A stretch of 64,000 bases of DNA from the sequence record NC_070956.1. The stretch is one strand, 5' to 3'. A program made the position numbers and the translations under genes. The number at the start of each line of letters is the position of its first letter. Position 1 is the first letter of the stretch. The notes beneath the pieces are model-generated. The model was given only the letters and a program-made list of their open reading frames with translations. It did not search any database and was not told where the DNA came from. Positions 1-9,138 of the stretch are shown here, in pieces.

Positions 1-17
1 AAGAAGAGGAATGGTTA

Positions 18-419
18 GTGATTACTCGTCAAACCTTTAAGAACCTGGATGCGGAACTTCCATCGCTTTCAAGTTTCTTTCTCCCGAACATTCCGTGTGC
101 CGAAGTTAATGGATACCTGGTTATCCAAGCCAACGCCAGGAAGTTTCCAGAGAAGTTGCTCATGTTGGCCAGGAAGTATCCAGGGATCACGATTCAACAC
201 TGCAATGGCAAGCTATTGTTCGGTGGCTCGTTGGTGGGACCTGGACTCCCTGAGAGAACGGAGAAAAGGGACGGGACGTTTACGTTTCATATTTCCACCT
301 ATCCGGAACTTGCAACACCTAGATTCTGGGCAACACTTTCTATGCTTGCACAAGCTCAGCGTAAAACCTGGGTTAGCGAATTCACAAGTTATCTGAAACC
401 CGTACAAAACAACTATTAA
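18..419 (+). CDS. hypothetical protein (133 aa)
   Basis: ORF with GAGGA SD upstream; first of a tightly packed plus-strand series. Confidence 0.75.
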   Translation: MITRQTFKNLDAELPSLSSFFLPNIPCAEVNGYLVIQANARKFPEKLLMLARKYPGITIQHCNGKLLFGGSLVGPGLPERTEKRDGTFTFHISTYPELATPRFWATLSMLAQAQRKTWVSEFTSYLKPVQNNY

Positions 420-428
420 GGAAAGATC

Positions 429-1943
429 ATGCAAAACACCAAAATGATGAGTGAGAACAAAGACTGGATCGTTTACAGCAACTACTGGCGCACTACCTCG
501 CGCATCCTCGAACGCATGGGTGGTGAGTACACCAGTCAGGTTGAAATCAATCTGTCCGACGAGAACAACTCTGCCGAAGCTTTGGCGGAATTGCGTATTC
601 GTCAACATACCACCCCACCGTCCCTCCGTGATGTGATCAGTCACTATTACGAAACTTCCGTCCACGACAAACTGGTTGAGCTGATCGGGCCTGACAAAGC
701 CTGGATTGCTGAACACTGTAACATCCTCCCGTTCATTGATTGGCCGGAGTATAACCGGAAATGTAATGGCGGGGTCCCGTTGATCGAGTGTCTGAAAGAA
801 CTGGCACCACCGGTTCATGCGTACAGCGCGGTGAACGCGGTCAAGTTGAATACGTACCCGACTCGGGAACAGTTCTTCTACGACTTCGTTCTTGACGAGT
901 GGGATCGTGAGCTGGGGCACCTGGAGTTCATCTGCGGTTCCATCATTATGTATGCAGCCGCTTCCGCCAGGTTGTTCTTCATGTTCAATCCTTCCAGTGA
1001 AACATTCCATCTTTTCCTGAAGTGTCGTGACAGTGTTAACGGCAGTGCCCAGGTTATGATGAGTGCCGATTTGGAAGGTCTCAAGAAGTGGCATGAAAGT
1101 ACTCGTGGGATGGTTAGCTCGTTCTTCCAGGATGACTACGAAGGGATCTATCCTGATACCGCCATTCTTCAAAAGGGGATGACGGATGGGATCAACTACC
1201 TGATCTGGAAATACCTGATCAAAGATGTGATCACTGAGAAACCCAAGGAGATCGAACGTCGTTGGATGATCACTGATCGCAAGGTAGCTCTCCAGCGTCT
1301 TGTGGGGTCCGTGTGTAAGAGTGTTCAACAGTTCTACACGCCAGACGGTACCCGTTACCGCCAGACTATCAACGAAGACCAAATTACCACTTACGAGAAA
1401 ACCGTGAAGACTGGTAAGGGTCTGGTCAGGACCGAAGTGAACACCCCGATCACTCACAAAGCGTATCTGGATATGTATCACGCGCTTGACTGTCCTAAGC
1501 CGGTAAATAAACTTCGTTACGAATACCATCACAAAGGTTATTGTTTTGATGTCGATGTTTACACCGACAACAAGATGATCACCGCTGAGCTGGAGTTCAA
1601 AACGGTCAAGGAAGCGAAAGAGTTCCATAAGGTACCCGATTGGTTCGGTGAAGAGATCACTGATCTGGAAGGTGTCAGTAACTTCGACATCTTCAAAACG
1701 ATCAATGAAAAGCCGAAGGTAACTCTGGAACAACTCACGATGCACATGAATGGTCGTGAACTTCGTTTTGTTTACAAGAACCATCGTGGTGATGTAGCCA
1801 CTCGCCGAGTATCTCGTCCGTTCTCTATCAAGTTCGGGTCTAACGAGTATCACGAAGAAGAACAGTGGTTGTTGGAAGCGTGGGACCTGGACAAGAACCT
1901 CCCCCGCGTATTCGCCATGAAAGACATCATCGAGTTTAAATAA
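429..1943 (+). CDS. multidomain protein: unknown N-terminal domain + CYTH (triphosphate tunnel) domain + C-terminal WYL domain
   Basis: EIERRW (ExExK/R CYTH motif), KLRY, FDVDVY, AELEF, VPDWFGEEIT; C-terminal FVYKNHRGDVATRRV...QWLLEAWDLDKNLPRVFAMKDI matches the WYL pattern; TAAGGA SD. Confidence 0.8.
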   Translation: MQNTKMMSENKDWIVYSNYWRTTSRILERMGGEYTSQVEINLSDENNSAEALAELRIRQHTTPPSLRDVISHYYETSVHDKLVELIGPDKAWIAEHCNILPFIDWPEYNRKCNGGVPLIECLKELAPPVHAYSAVNAVKLNTYPTREQFFYDFVLDEWDRELGHLEFICGSIIMYAAASARLFFMFNPSSETFHLFLKCRDSVNGSAQVMMSADLEGLKKWHESTRGMVSSFFQDDYEGIYPDTAILQKGMTDGINYLIWKYLIKDVITEKPKEIERRWMITDRKVALQRLVGSVCKSVQQFYTPDGTRYRQTINEDQITTYEKTVKTGKGLVRTEVNTPITHKAYLDMYHALDCPKPVNKLRYEYHHKGYCFDVDVYTDNKMITAELEFKTVKEAKEFHKVPDWFGEEITDLEGVSNFDIFKTINEKPKVTLEQLTMHMNGRELRFVYKNHRGDVATRRVSRPFSIKFGSNEYHEEEQWLLEAWDLDKNLPRVFAMKDIIEFK

Positions 1944-1953
1944 GGAGAGCAGG

Positions 1954-2559
1954 ATGTTTAACCGTAAAGAAACCGCAGAAAAGATAATGGATCGTCTTCG
2001 TTTGATCGTCGTTCCTGGTGGCGATATCTACGTGTACCCTGAAGAGATCGCCTACAAAGTAGGCTCTTATTTCTGTGGTAAGACCATCACGACCTTCTAT
2101 TCGAGCGGAAAGGGTTTTCTTGAGTTACGGAAGGGAGTGCTCGAGTTAGCTAATATCGCGGAACAGCCACTGAAGGCAGTTCCCGTAATTCGGCTACTCG
2201 CCCTCAATGAAAAACACAAGGTTGTTTCCAATCCGATCGTCATTCATGATGCCGACACTCCGGAACAACTGTTCGACAGTTCTATCGCTGTGGCCTGTGC
2301 CGAAGCCAGGAAATATGTTAATGCCAGGGGAGTGTTCGGACGAGTCTTCTTTGAAGAAATAGAAGACTCGCTTTCCCTCTTCGCATTGAGCATGGTTCAA
2401 CGGCGTGTTCCTGGGTTTTCGGTAGGACCTCGTCCTACCAATCCCGGCAAATCGGTTACCCAGGCAGAGGTAATGTTTGCCATCGAAAAACTGAAACAGA
2501 AGGATGGTCGTGTATCGGCCAATCTTCTCCTCAATCACTTGTTTGGAGTACAGAAATGA
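1954..2559 (+). CDS. hypothetical protein (201 aa)
   Basis: ORF with AGGAG SD, operon packing. Confidence 0.75.
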   Translation: MFNRKETAEKIMDRLRLIVVPGGDIYVYPEEIAYKVGSYFCGKTITTFYSSGKGFLELRKGVLELANIAEQPLKAVPVIRLLALNEKHKVVSNPIVIHDADTPEQLFDSSIAVACAEARKYVNARGVFGRVFFEEIEDSLSLFALSMVQRRVPGFSVGPRPTNPGKSVTQAEVMFAIEKLKQKDGRVSANLLLNHLFGVQK

Positions 2560-3623
2560 GCAACGATAACTACATGGAAGCCCTCAAACATGCTTTCGAA
2601 GTAACTAAGGATGAACAGAGTGGAAAGGCCACCACCCCCATCTGTCCCACTGGCCATGAATCCTTCATTAACAAGCTGAAGGACATGCACGCGCCTACTC
2701 ATCCTGGTTATTTCGACGACATGGATAAGAAAGGTGAGGCGGGGTATCTTCCTCCTGCCGGATCCGCGTTCCCTAACTCAGCTCCACATATTCGTCGTTC
2801 CGTCGATGGTCTCGATGAATTTCTTTCTGGTCTGGAACAGGAGCAGCCCGAAACACTGCGCGCTGGATGTCCGGTGAATTTCGATGAGGAAGATGCTTTC
2901 GACATCGAGCTCGACGAGACACCGGAAGAAATGCTGGCCAGGATGGAGGCTCGCGAGAAACGTTGGGATCCTACTCCCATCCCCCGGGCGTTGTATGACA
3001 TCGAACAACTGGTGGAGCCGCTCCTGGGTCGTTTACTCGGTGCTGCACGTCACCAACGTGACACCCAGATCGACATGGGTACTGCGGCATCTCCCGATCC
3101 CGCATTCAGTGGTGAACTGGAAGGGTTCCAGGTGGTCATCACTCCGCGACCTTTGACACGTTACATTCAGATACAGGTTGGACGTTGCGGCTTCATCAAC
3201 TATCTGATGGAACCTGGCTGGGAGTTCGGTAGTTTCACTGAAGAAGAGTTGAAAGATACCACTCTCTATCAGTGTCAACTCAATCTCTTGAAGAAGCTGT
3301 TGGTGGATATGCATTACGGCCTGTCCATCTATCAGCACATCAAGATGGAGGTGTTGGGTCCGATTCTCGAGAAACGTGATCACTACGAGATGAAGAAGAT
3401 TCTTCCTCCCTCTGTTGATTACCGGTTCAAGGGTAACAAAGGTTGCTTCTTCATGTTTAATGGTGAAGAAGTGTTTTACAAAGATCGTTCCGTCCATGCC
3501 AGAGAGCAGAAAGTGAAGGAGTACGCAAAACTCCATTCTCTGCTGAAAACCGCCATGTTGAAAACGTCGTACATTCCGCCTTTCATGGTGGATTACAACA
3601 GTCCCAAAGTCTTCCGTTATTAA
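2556..3623 (+). CDS. hypothetical protein (355 aa)
   Basis: ATGA overlap with the previous stop; acidic low-complexity N-terminal half. Confidence 0.8.
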   Translation: MSNDNYMEALKHAFEVTKDEQSGKATTPICPTGHESFINKLKDMHAPTHPGYFDDMDKKGEAGYLPPAGSAFPNSAPHIRRSVDGLDEFLSGLEQEQPETLRAGCPVNFDEEDAFDIELDETPEEMLARMEAREKRWDPTPIPRALYDIEQLVEPLLGRLLGAARHQRDTQIDMGTAASPDPAFSGELEGFQVVITPRPLTRYIQIQVGRCGFINYLMEPGWEFGSFTEEELKDTTLYQCQLNLLKKLLVDMHYGLSIYQHIKMEVLGPILEKRDHYEMKKILPPSVDYRFKGNKGCFFMFNGEEVFYKDRSVHAREQKVKEYAKLHSLLKTAMLKTSYIPPFMVDYNSPKVFRY

Positions 3624-3632
3624 GGAACCATT

Positions 3633-4307
3633 ATGTCTAACCGTTATCAGTTCGCAACCCTTTCCTCCAAAAGCAAATTCCTGGGTGTCGTGATGTCTCT
3701 TGGCGAACTTGCCTTGGTACAGGAAGTCGCACTCACTGCTAAAAGTCCCGCCGAAACCGGTTACGACCGTCTTGGGTTCATCAAGACTCGTTACCCCGAA
3801 GTCCAGGTGATCGAAGGTGAGGGGAAAGAAACCGTCATCATCGATATCGCCAACGACGAAATCATGGCCAAGTTCTCTGATCTCAACTCTGACTTTGGTG
3901 GCTTCTTAGGGATCACCAATATCGAGTTGCTCACTGATCGTCTTCGGAACATGGACCGGACCAGATCCAAGGCATCAACCGTCGCTGCCAACGAAATGGT
4001 CTTCCATGGCAAGTTCAAGCCCTTCCGTAACGCCGCCCCATCTGCACCTCATGATGATGCACTCCGGATATTCAAGGAGATGAATGCACATCTGGGCCCG
4101 AAAATCCAATTCGGTGTTTATGCCTACGACATGCCTGGTTTCAAAGAACCCGTAATGTTCTACGTCGGTTCCAAACAGGCTCGTCTGAAAGGACACCTGA
4201 ATATGGCGCAGTGGCGTGATGTCACTGATGAAGAAGGTCTGAAACTGTTCAACACTCTTCGGGCTCCCCTGGCCAGTATCGGTCGTACAGCAATGGTGAA
4301 GTCGTAA
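3633..4307 (+). CDS. hypothetical protein (224 aa)
   Basis: TAAGGA SD, phage-like codon bias. Confidence 0.8.
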   Translation: MSNRYQFATLSSKSKFLGVVMSLGELALVQEVALTAKSPAETGYDRLGFIKTRYPEVQVIEGEGKETVIIDIANDEIMAKFSDLNSDFGGFLGITNIELLTDRLRNMDRTRSKASTVAANEMVFHGKFKPFRNAAPSAPHDDALRIFKEMNAHLGPKIQFGVYAYDMPGFKEPVMFYVGSKQARLKGHLNMAQWRDVTDEEGLKLFNTLRAPLASIGRTAMVKS

Positions 4308-4717
4308 TGAACTTCGAACGTTCCAAAGATCATGTCCAGATCTCTTCTATTGGACATGTTAACTTTGGACGTGCGTACATTACGGAAATGGTTCGTAGGA
4401 GTATGAAGGTAGGGTTGCTCTACGCAGCCCTCGATAGCATCACTCCTAAGCGCGTCGATCCGTATTTCGACATGTCCAAGTTAACCGGTGTCCCAGGGCG
4501 ACTCTGGGAAAGTTACATTCAGAAGCAATATCCCTTCTCTTTCTTCGGTAAGGAATACACCGGTCAGAAAGAATGCGGAATAACCATTCTGTCTGATGGT
4601 GCTATCAAATACCATGAGACATTTTTGGATAACGAATTGAGTGTTATCCTGAATGGTTCCATTACCAAACCCAAAGCAGAACGTATTCTGTTTTATACTG
4701 GCGTAAGGAGTGAATAG
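4307..4717 (+). CDS. hypothetical protein (136 aa)
   Basis: TAATG stop/start coupling. Confidence 0.75.
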   Translation: MNFERSKDHVQISSIGHVNFGRAYITEMVRRSMKVGLLYAALDSITPKRVDPYFDMSKLTGVPGRLWESYIQKQYPFSFFGKEYTGQKECGITILSDGAIKYHETFLDNELSVILNGSITKPKAERILFYTGVRSE

Positions 4718-5214
4718 TGAAACTGCACGAACTGTATCGTAAGGCTGTTCGGGGTTCCAACTGCACAGGCGGTGGTCCGTTGATGTTGTTCTCCGGGGTT
4801 ATGAAGAATGGACCCGAGTCCAAATCCAAACTTCCGGGGAAAGTATTTGGTCTCTGCTGCCAACAGTACGGTGATGACGACACTCTGGAAGAAGAACACG
4901 ACCTGGCGGCGATCGAGATCGAATCCCCGGTCGGAATCATCCTTGAAGAAGCCCTGGTCGTGGACGAACTCGGTGACATCCTGAAACTGTTGAGCGACAT
5001 CGATGGCGAAGATGCACTTCGGATCGGTTCCGATATCAACAGTGTTCTGGACGTAAGTCACACCATGCACCGGTCCAGCGATGCTCGTCAGAATGCCCAG
5101 GTGGGTATTTGGGTGACCAAATTGAGTAAGACCAAACTCCCTGGTGAGTTTGTTACTTGCACTGGTTCCGAAGAAGAAGACTTCTTCTACGATGTGACTG
5201 ACTGTATCAACTAA
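4717..5214 (+). CDS. hypothetical protein (165 aa, GTG start)
   Basis: AAGGAG SD, coupled to the previous stop, followed by a terminator. Confidence 0.75.
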   Translation: MKLHELYRKAVRGSNCTGGGPLMLFSGVMKNGPESKSKLPGKVFGLCCQQYGDDDTLEEEHDLAAIEIESPVGIILEEALVVDELGDILKLLSDIDGEDALRIGSDINSVLDVSHTMHRSSDARQNAQVGIWVTKLSKTKLPGEFVTCTGSEEEDFFYDVTDCIN

Positions 5215-5217
5215 GTG

Positions 5218-5247
5218 AAGCTCTGGGGTCTTCGGATCCCAGAGCTT
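5218..5247 (+). terminator. intrinsic terminator hairpin
   Basis: AAGCTCTGGG-GTC-TTCG-GAT-CCCAGAGCTT inverted repeat after the stop. Confidence 0.8.
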
Positions 5248-5260
5248 TAAGTCCCATATC

Positions 5261-5285
5261 TTTTTAATTAGATATCATTAACGTG
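5261..5285 (+). promoter_or_regulatory. putative phage early promoter
   Basis: TTTT-N6-GATATCATTA-N2-GTG, a copy of the repeated motif. Confidence 0.65.
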
Positions 5286-5324
5286 TAGCAATCAGCTATT
5301 ACATTTAACTAAAGGAAAGAGACC

Positions 5325-6065
5325 ATGAAAAAGATTATTATCGCCACACTGTTCTTCGTCCCGTTCTTCGGTAATGCAGCTTCCTTTGACTGTCGCAAAG
5401 CGACCACTGTCATCGAGAAGACGATCTGCGAGGACGAAGTTGTCAGCAAGCTGGATGAAGAAGTCGCAAAAGTCTACAAGGCGGTTCGTCAGGCTAATCC
5501 TGGTGATCAAGACATCATCAACCAACAACGTGACTGGATCAAGTCCCGCAACAAAGCCACCAGTGTTGTGGAACTGGAAGAGAAACACAGGGACCGCCTG
5601 GACGTTCTCAACATCATGCTGAAAGCCTCCAACGAACCCCAGGCTATGAAGCGTGGCAACGCCGGTCCTGTGGCTATGAAGCGTGGCGATGCTCCTGTGA
5701 AAACTCAGGAACAGAAAACCAAGCCGGTTAAGAAAGGCACCATTGCCGAATTGGATGACATGGCCAAGCAGGTTAGTGAGACTGGCTATTACGTTGACCC
5801 TAAAGGTATGAAGTTCGATGGTCGCACTCTGGGTGCAGACATCAATGGTTTCCCTGGCTGGTGTGCTCAGCGTGTTAACCGCGTCACCGACACCCTGGTA
5901 CTGCAAATGGTGAAGACCGATGAAGAACGCGCGGCATTCGTCAAACACAGTTCCATGTTCCGCATCGTAATGGGCAACATGATGTTGGAGAACGCCAAGA
6001 TGACTACCGAGAAAATGGGTGTTCCTTTTGATCCCAACAATTTCTGTTTCAATCTGGACGTATAA
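5325..6065 (+). CDS. exported LprI/DUF1311-like (lysozyme inhibitor-like) protein
   Basis: signal peptide MKKIIIATLFFVPFFGNA; ASFDCRKATTVIEKTIC...LDEEV..VY...QQRDWIKSRN is the typical DUF1311 N-terminal pattern. Confidence 0.7.
   Translation: MKKIIIATLFFVPFFGNAASFDCRKATTVIEKTICEDEVVSKLDEEVAKVYKAVRQANPGDQDIINQQRDWIKSRNKATSVVELEEKHRDRLDVLNIMLKASNEPQAMKRGNAGPVAMKRGDAPVKTQEQKTKPVKKGTIAELDDMAKQVSETGYYVDPKGMKFDGRTLGADINGFPGWCAQRVNRVTDTLVLQMVKTDEERAAFVKHSSMFRIVMGNMMLENAKMTTEKMGVPFDPNNFCFNLDV
5642..5687 (+). repeat. 16-bp direct repeat with 30-bp period (AMKRG x2)
   Basis: GGCTATGAAGCGTGGC at 5642-5657 and 5672-5687. Confidence 0.9.
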
Positions 6066-6074
6066 GGAAAGATC

Positions 6075-6464
6075 ATGAAAAAGATTATTCTTGCGTTGTT
6101 CTTTACTTCTTTCTTTGCTGTGGCTGATACCGGTGTCAGTAAGGAAGAGGTTGAAGAACTGATCGAAGTTGCTTCCGGACACGTAACCGAAATCGATATC
6201 AACGGTTTCGCCGTCTCCGGGACTTCTATCAATACCACATCCAACAAAGAGTTGCGTAACTGTGCCCAAGCTTTGGGTTCACAGTTGGTCGCTGACGTCT
6301 ATCTCAAGCCAGCCCACGAGTATGGACTTTACGCGGAACTGACCAACGTCCGTGATGGAGCCAACACCGTTGGTGCAAATATGGTGATTAATCAGCTCCT
6401 GGGGATCTCTGGGTCTGATGAAGTCGCTCTCACTATCTGCAACAAACTTCGGAGCAACATGTAA
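6075..6464 (+). CDS. small exported protein (129 aa)
   Basis: signal peptide MKKIILALFFTSFFAVA; TAAGGA SD; two Cys. Confidence 0.8.
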   Translation: MKKIILALFFTSFFAVADTGVSKEEVEELIEVASGHVTEIDINGFAVSGTSINTTSNKELRNCAQALGSQLVADVYLKPAHEYGLYAELTNVRDGANTVGANMVINQLLGISGSDEVALTICNKLRSNM

Positions 6465-6943
6465 TGTTCAAATATCTGTTTGGTAAAATGCGTCTGGTTG
6501 ACGATCAGGGCGAATCCATGAAGGACGATGTCTTGATGGTCACCAGACGTTGCGACTCCTTCCAACATCGCGAAATGGCGCAGAGTGGTAAACTCATTCC
6601 TTTCGCCGGTGGGTTCTGTGGTAGCGCCTTGAAACCCGACAACTACTTCCCTGGTCAGTTCAACGGCGAGTCCATCTCTTGCCGGGTCAAGACTGATTCC
6701 TTTACGGCTGAAGAAGTCAAGAGTGAACTGGAAGAGCACGACATTTATATGGCCGGGCTCTCGCCGTGGGAAACTCACGGTAAGAAGGATAAACTCTATC
6801 TGACCGCCATCTTTGTTCCGAAGGGAACCCGGCCCGATAAACCCAGGAATCCGGAGATCAAAGGTCCGGACTGGGTTCTGAAAACTCCGGAAGAGTTCTG
6901 TTCAGAAATGAAAGAAGTCTTCGACGATCCGTATTACTTCTAA
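6464..6943 (+). CDS. hypothetical protein (159 aa)
   Basis: TAATG coupling. Confidence 0.75.
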   Translation: MFKYLFGKMRLVDDQGESMKDDVLMVTRRCDSFQHREMAQSGKLIPFAGGFCGSALKPDNYFPGQFNGESISCRVKTDSFTAEEVKSELEEHDIYMAGLSPWETHGKKDKLYLTAIFVPKGTRPDKPRNPEIKGPDWVLKTPEEFCSEMKEVFDDPYYF

Positions 6944-6952
6944 GGAGCGATC

Positions 6953-7174
6953 ATGCCCATTGTGGAAATCCTTCTTGGTTTGTTGGCACTACTGTACCTG
7001 TTTATAGGCTGGGAGATTTTCGCACCTATGGGTTGGTACTTTGGTGAACCATTCAAACGAACCTGGTATAACAACGTGTTATACTTTATCGCATTCCCCA
7101 CTGCTGTCGTGATGTGGTTGCCGATTCTTGCGATCATTGTCATTGGTGGGACAACGTTTAAGCGCGAACCGTAA
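6953..7174 (+). CDS. small membrane protein (73 aa, 2 predicted TM)
   Basis: AAGGAG SD, two hydrophobic segments. Confidence 0.7.
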   Translation: MPIVEILLGLLALLYLFIGWEIFAPMGWYFGEPFKRTWYNNVLYFIAFPTAVVMWLPILAIIVIGGTTFKREP

Positions 7175-7178
7175 ATAA

Positions 7179-7210
7179 AGCTAGAGCTACCCGTTTGGGT
7201 AGCTCTAGCT
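7179..7210. terminator. bidirectional terminator between convergent genes
   Basis: AGCTAGAGCTACCC-GTTT-GGGTAGCTCTAGCT. Confidence 0.85.
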
Positions 7211-7220
7211 ATTACATTAA

Positions 7221-7835
7221 TTATTTTTTCGTTTTAGCTGCGATCACATGTTCGGCATAGAACACGGGAATAACGTAGTTCTGCATGGCGACACAGAGTG
7301 GTGTCACGCTTCCTGAACGCTTCGTAGAGGCATTTATTGCATTATCTATGGAAACGGTCAGCTTGTCCCAGTAAAGGTCACCAAGGAGTCCCTGGACATC
7401 TTTAATCGACTTCTTGCCTGAATTGAGAACAATTGCGTATTCTTTCTTATCGGTAAGATAAAAGATTCCAAAAGAAACAACCTTATCTTCGATCTTCACA
7501 ATGAGATCGCTCTCTTTGATCTTGGTCGGAGCTATTTCAAAATCACGGAAGATGTCGAGCAGTGTTTGCTTCTCAATAAGTGCGTCAGCATGGAAATACG
7601 GAGCACCGGCTCTTGTCAGGAAACAGGCTCTCATGATTCCGTTCGCAAACGTCTTTACTGGTTCAATCTGTACGTTATCGGGAGCGATCCCTAGATAACG
7701 TTGTCGAGCCAGATCTATCTTCTTCTGATCGCCTTCGAGATGTATTTCATTCAGTCGCTTAGTGACGTAAGCTTTGATAGCGGAGAAGACTGGATCTTTG
7801 ATGACCTTACTCCGCTCTATTTTGTCAGTGATCAT
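7221..7835 (-). CDS. hypothetical protein (204 aa), isolated minus-strand gene, possibly late/virion
   Basis: ORF 7221-7859; CAGGAG SD precedes the ATG at 7835; the convergent terminator supports expression. Confidence 0.7.
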   Translation of the reverse strand: MITDKIERSKVIKDPVFSAIKAYVTKRLNEIHLEGDQKKIDLARQRYLGIAPDNVQIEPVKTFANGIMRACFLTRAGAPYFHADALIEKQTLLDIFRDFEIAPTKIKESDLIVKIEDKVVSFGIFYLTDKKEYAIVLNSGKKSIKDVQGLLGDLYWDKLTVSIDNAINASTKRSGSVTPLCVAMQNYVIPVFYAEHVIAAKTKK

Positions 7836-7935
7836 AACGTTCTCCTGTAACTGGATCAAAAGATCCTTTTAGTAAAATACTAATCCTGTTATCTTAGGAG
7901 CGAATTCCGCTATTAATTTAAACTTGGAGTAAGGT

Positions 7936-8544
7936 ATGCAGATCAGAAAGCAATTTGATCCCAATAACCTTCCCGAAGATATCAACAGTATCTATGATCA
8001 GAGTCGCTACATTCCGAAACGTAGCGGCGGACCGAACACTCCCAACGAATGGTTTTGGAGCGATCTCCATATTGACCATTTACCGGCGCTTAAGGCGCGT
8101 GGGTGGTTCGGTACCTTACAAGAGTATCAGGATTACGTTGCATTCATCTGGGACAGTCATGTTAAAGATATCGACACCATTCACTTGGTAGGTGATATCG
8201 CATTAACGTGGCAGGGATTGCGTTGGATCAGCGAGAGGACTGGGAAGAAGATTCTCTATATGGGTAACCATGATACAGAACGCGAAAACTGTATTCGTGA
8301 CCTCCTCTCTGTTTACGACGACATCAGGGGATTCTGGAAACACAAGAAAGGTTTCTATATCGGACATTGTCCAAGCCACCCTAGTGAGTTGCGTGGAAGA
8401 AGAATGATCCATGGTCACACTCATACCAAGGTAATACAAGATCAGCGTTTCATCAACGTTGCTATCGATCTTCTTCCTAACGGTCCTGTTAACATGAAGG
8501 ACTTGGTGTCAGGAGATTACCGTAGTTATCGAGACCCGACATAA
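7936..8544 (+). CDS. calcineurin-like metallophosphoesterase
   Basis: SDLHIDH, VGDI, MGNHD, GHCP, IHGHTH, INVAID motifs. Confidence 0.9.
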   Translation: MQIRKQFDPNNLPEDINSIYDQSRYIPKRSGGPNTPNEWFWSDLHIDHLPALKARGWFGTLQEYQDYVAFIWDSHVKDIDTIHLVGDIALTWQGLRWISERTGKKILYMGNHDTERENCIRDLLSVYDDIRGFWKHKKGFYIGHCPSHPSELRGRRMIHGHTHTKVIQDQRFINVAIDLLPNGPVNMKDLVSGDYRSYRDPT

Positions 8545-8550
8545 ACTAAT

Positions 8551-8575
8551 CCATCACTGCCTTAGGGTGGTGATG
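8551..8575 (+). terminator. putative terminator hairpin
   Basis: CCATCACTGCC-TTA-GGGTGGTGATGG imperfect inverted repeat after the stop. Confidence 0.55.
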
Positions 8576-8591
8576 GGTTGATCTCCATATC

Positions 8592-8616
8592 TTTTCAAGT
8601 AGATATTATCTAAGTG
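8592..8616 (+). promoter_or_regulatory. putative phage early promoter
   Basis: TTTT-N6-GATATTATCT-N2-GTG. Confidence 0.65.
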
Positions 8617-8648
8617 TATTCACAATCAAAATTGCTAAGGGGCAATAA

Positions 8649-9122
8649 ATGAATCTCTTAAATAAAGCACTTGTCAAAATGTTTATGCTGGCTGGTTGCC
8701 GGAGTCGAATCTGTGGGAGGGATCGCCAAGTCTTCATTCTGAAGAAATGCGTAGTGAAGATACCAGTGATGTCCAATGGCTGGTTTGAATTCGTCCGTGG
8801 TTATTATTCCAATCTCAAAGAGATGGATAGCATCCGAGGTTACGAAGGTAATTTCCCGGAACATCTTCCAGAAATACTGGGGAGTTATTTATTTGGGTTA
8901 GTCGTCGTTTACAAGAAATATCGTGAGATTATGGATGGTAAAGATGACAATGAGACCGGTGATTTTGCCGAGTACACTAGGTTCCTAGGTAAACTCGATG
9001 ACATCCGGAGAAATGAGAAAAACTCAGAAAAATATATCTGGACTCAAGACACCAAGATCTTTAACTTCGGCTGGGACAAATATGGTCGGGTGGTGGTTAT
9101 TGATCTGGGCACGCCTTATTAA
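8649..9122 (+). CDS. minimal protein kinase-like fold protein 1 (157 aa)
   Basis: GRDRQV, VVKIP (beta3 Lys), NLKE (alphaC Glu), DTKIFN (catalytic loop D-x-K-x-x-N), VIDLG (DFG-like). Confidence 0.65.
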   Translation: MNLLNKALVKMFMLAGCRSRICGRDRQVFILKKCVVKIPVMSNGWFEFVRGYYSNLKEMDSIRGYEGNFPEHLPEILGSYLFGLVVVYKKYREIMDGKDDNETGDFAEYTRFLGKLDDIRRNEKNSEKYIWTQDTKIFNFGWDKYGRVVVIDLGTPY

Positions 9123-9138
9123 CAAAGAGGAAATAGTT

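Noticed and set aside
213-1853. Long antisense ORFs opposite real genes (also 11477-12895, 25018-25983, 33377-34861, 42387-43946, 47169-48368 and others)
   Set aside because: Shadow frames caused by the strong codon bias of the sense genes, which leaves few antisense stops; no SD, no recognisable motifs, and complete overlap with well-supported genes
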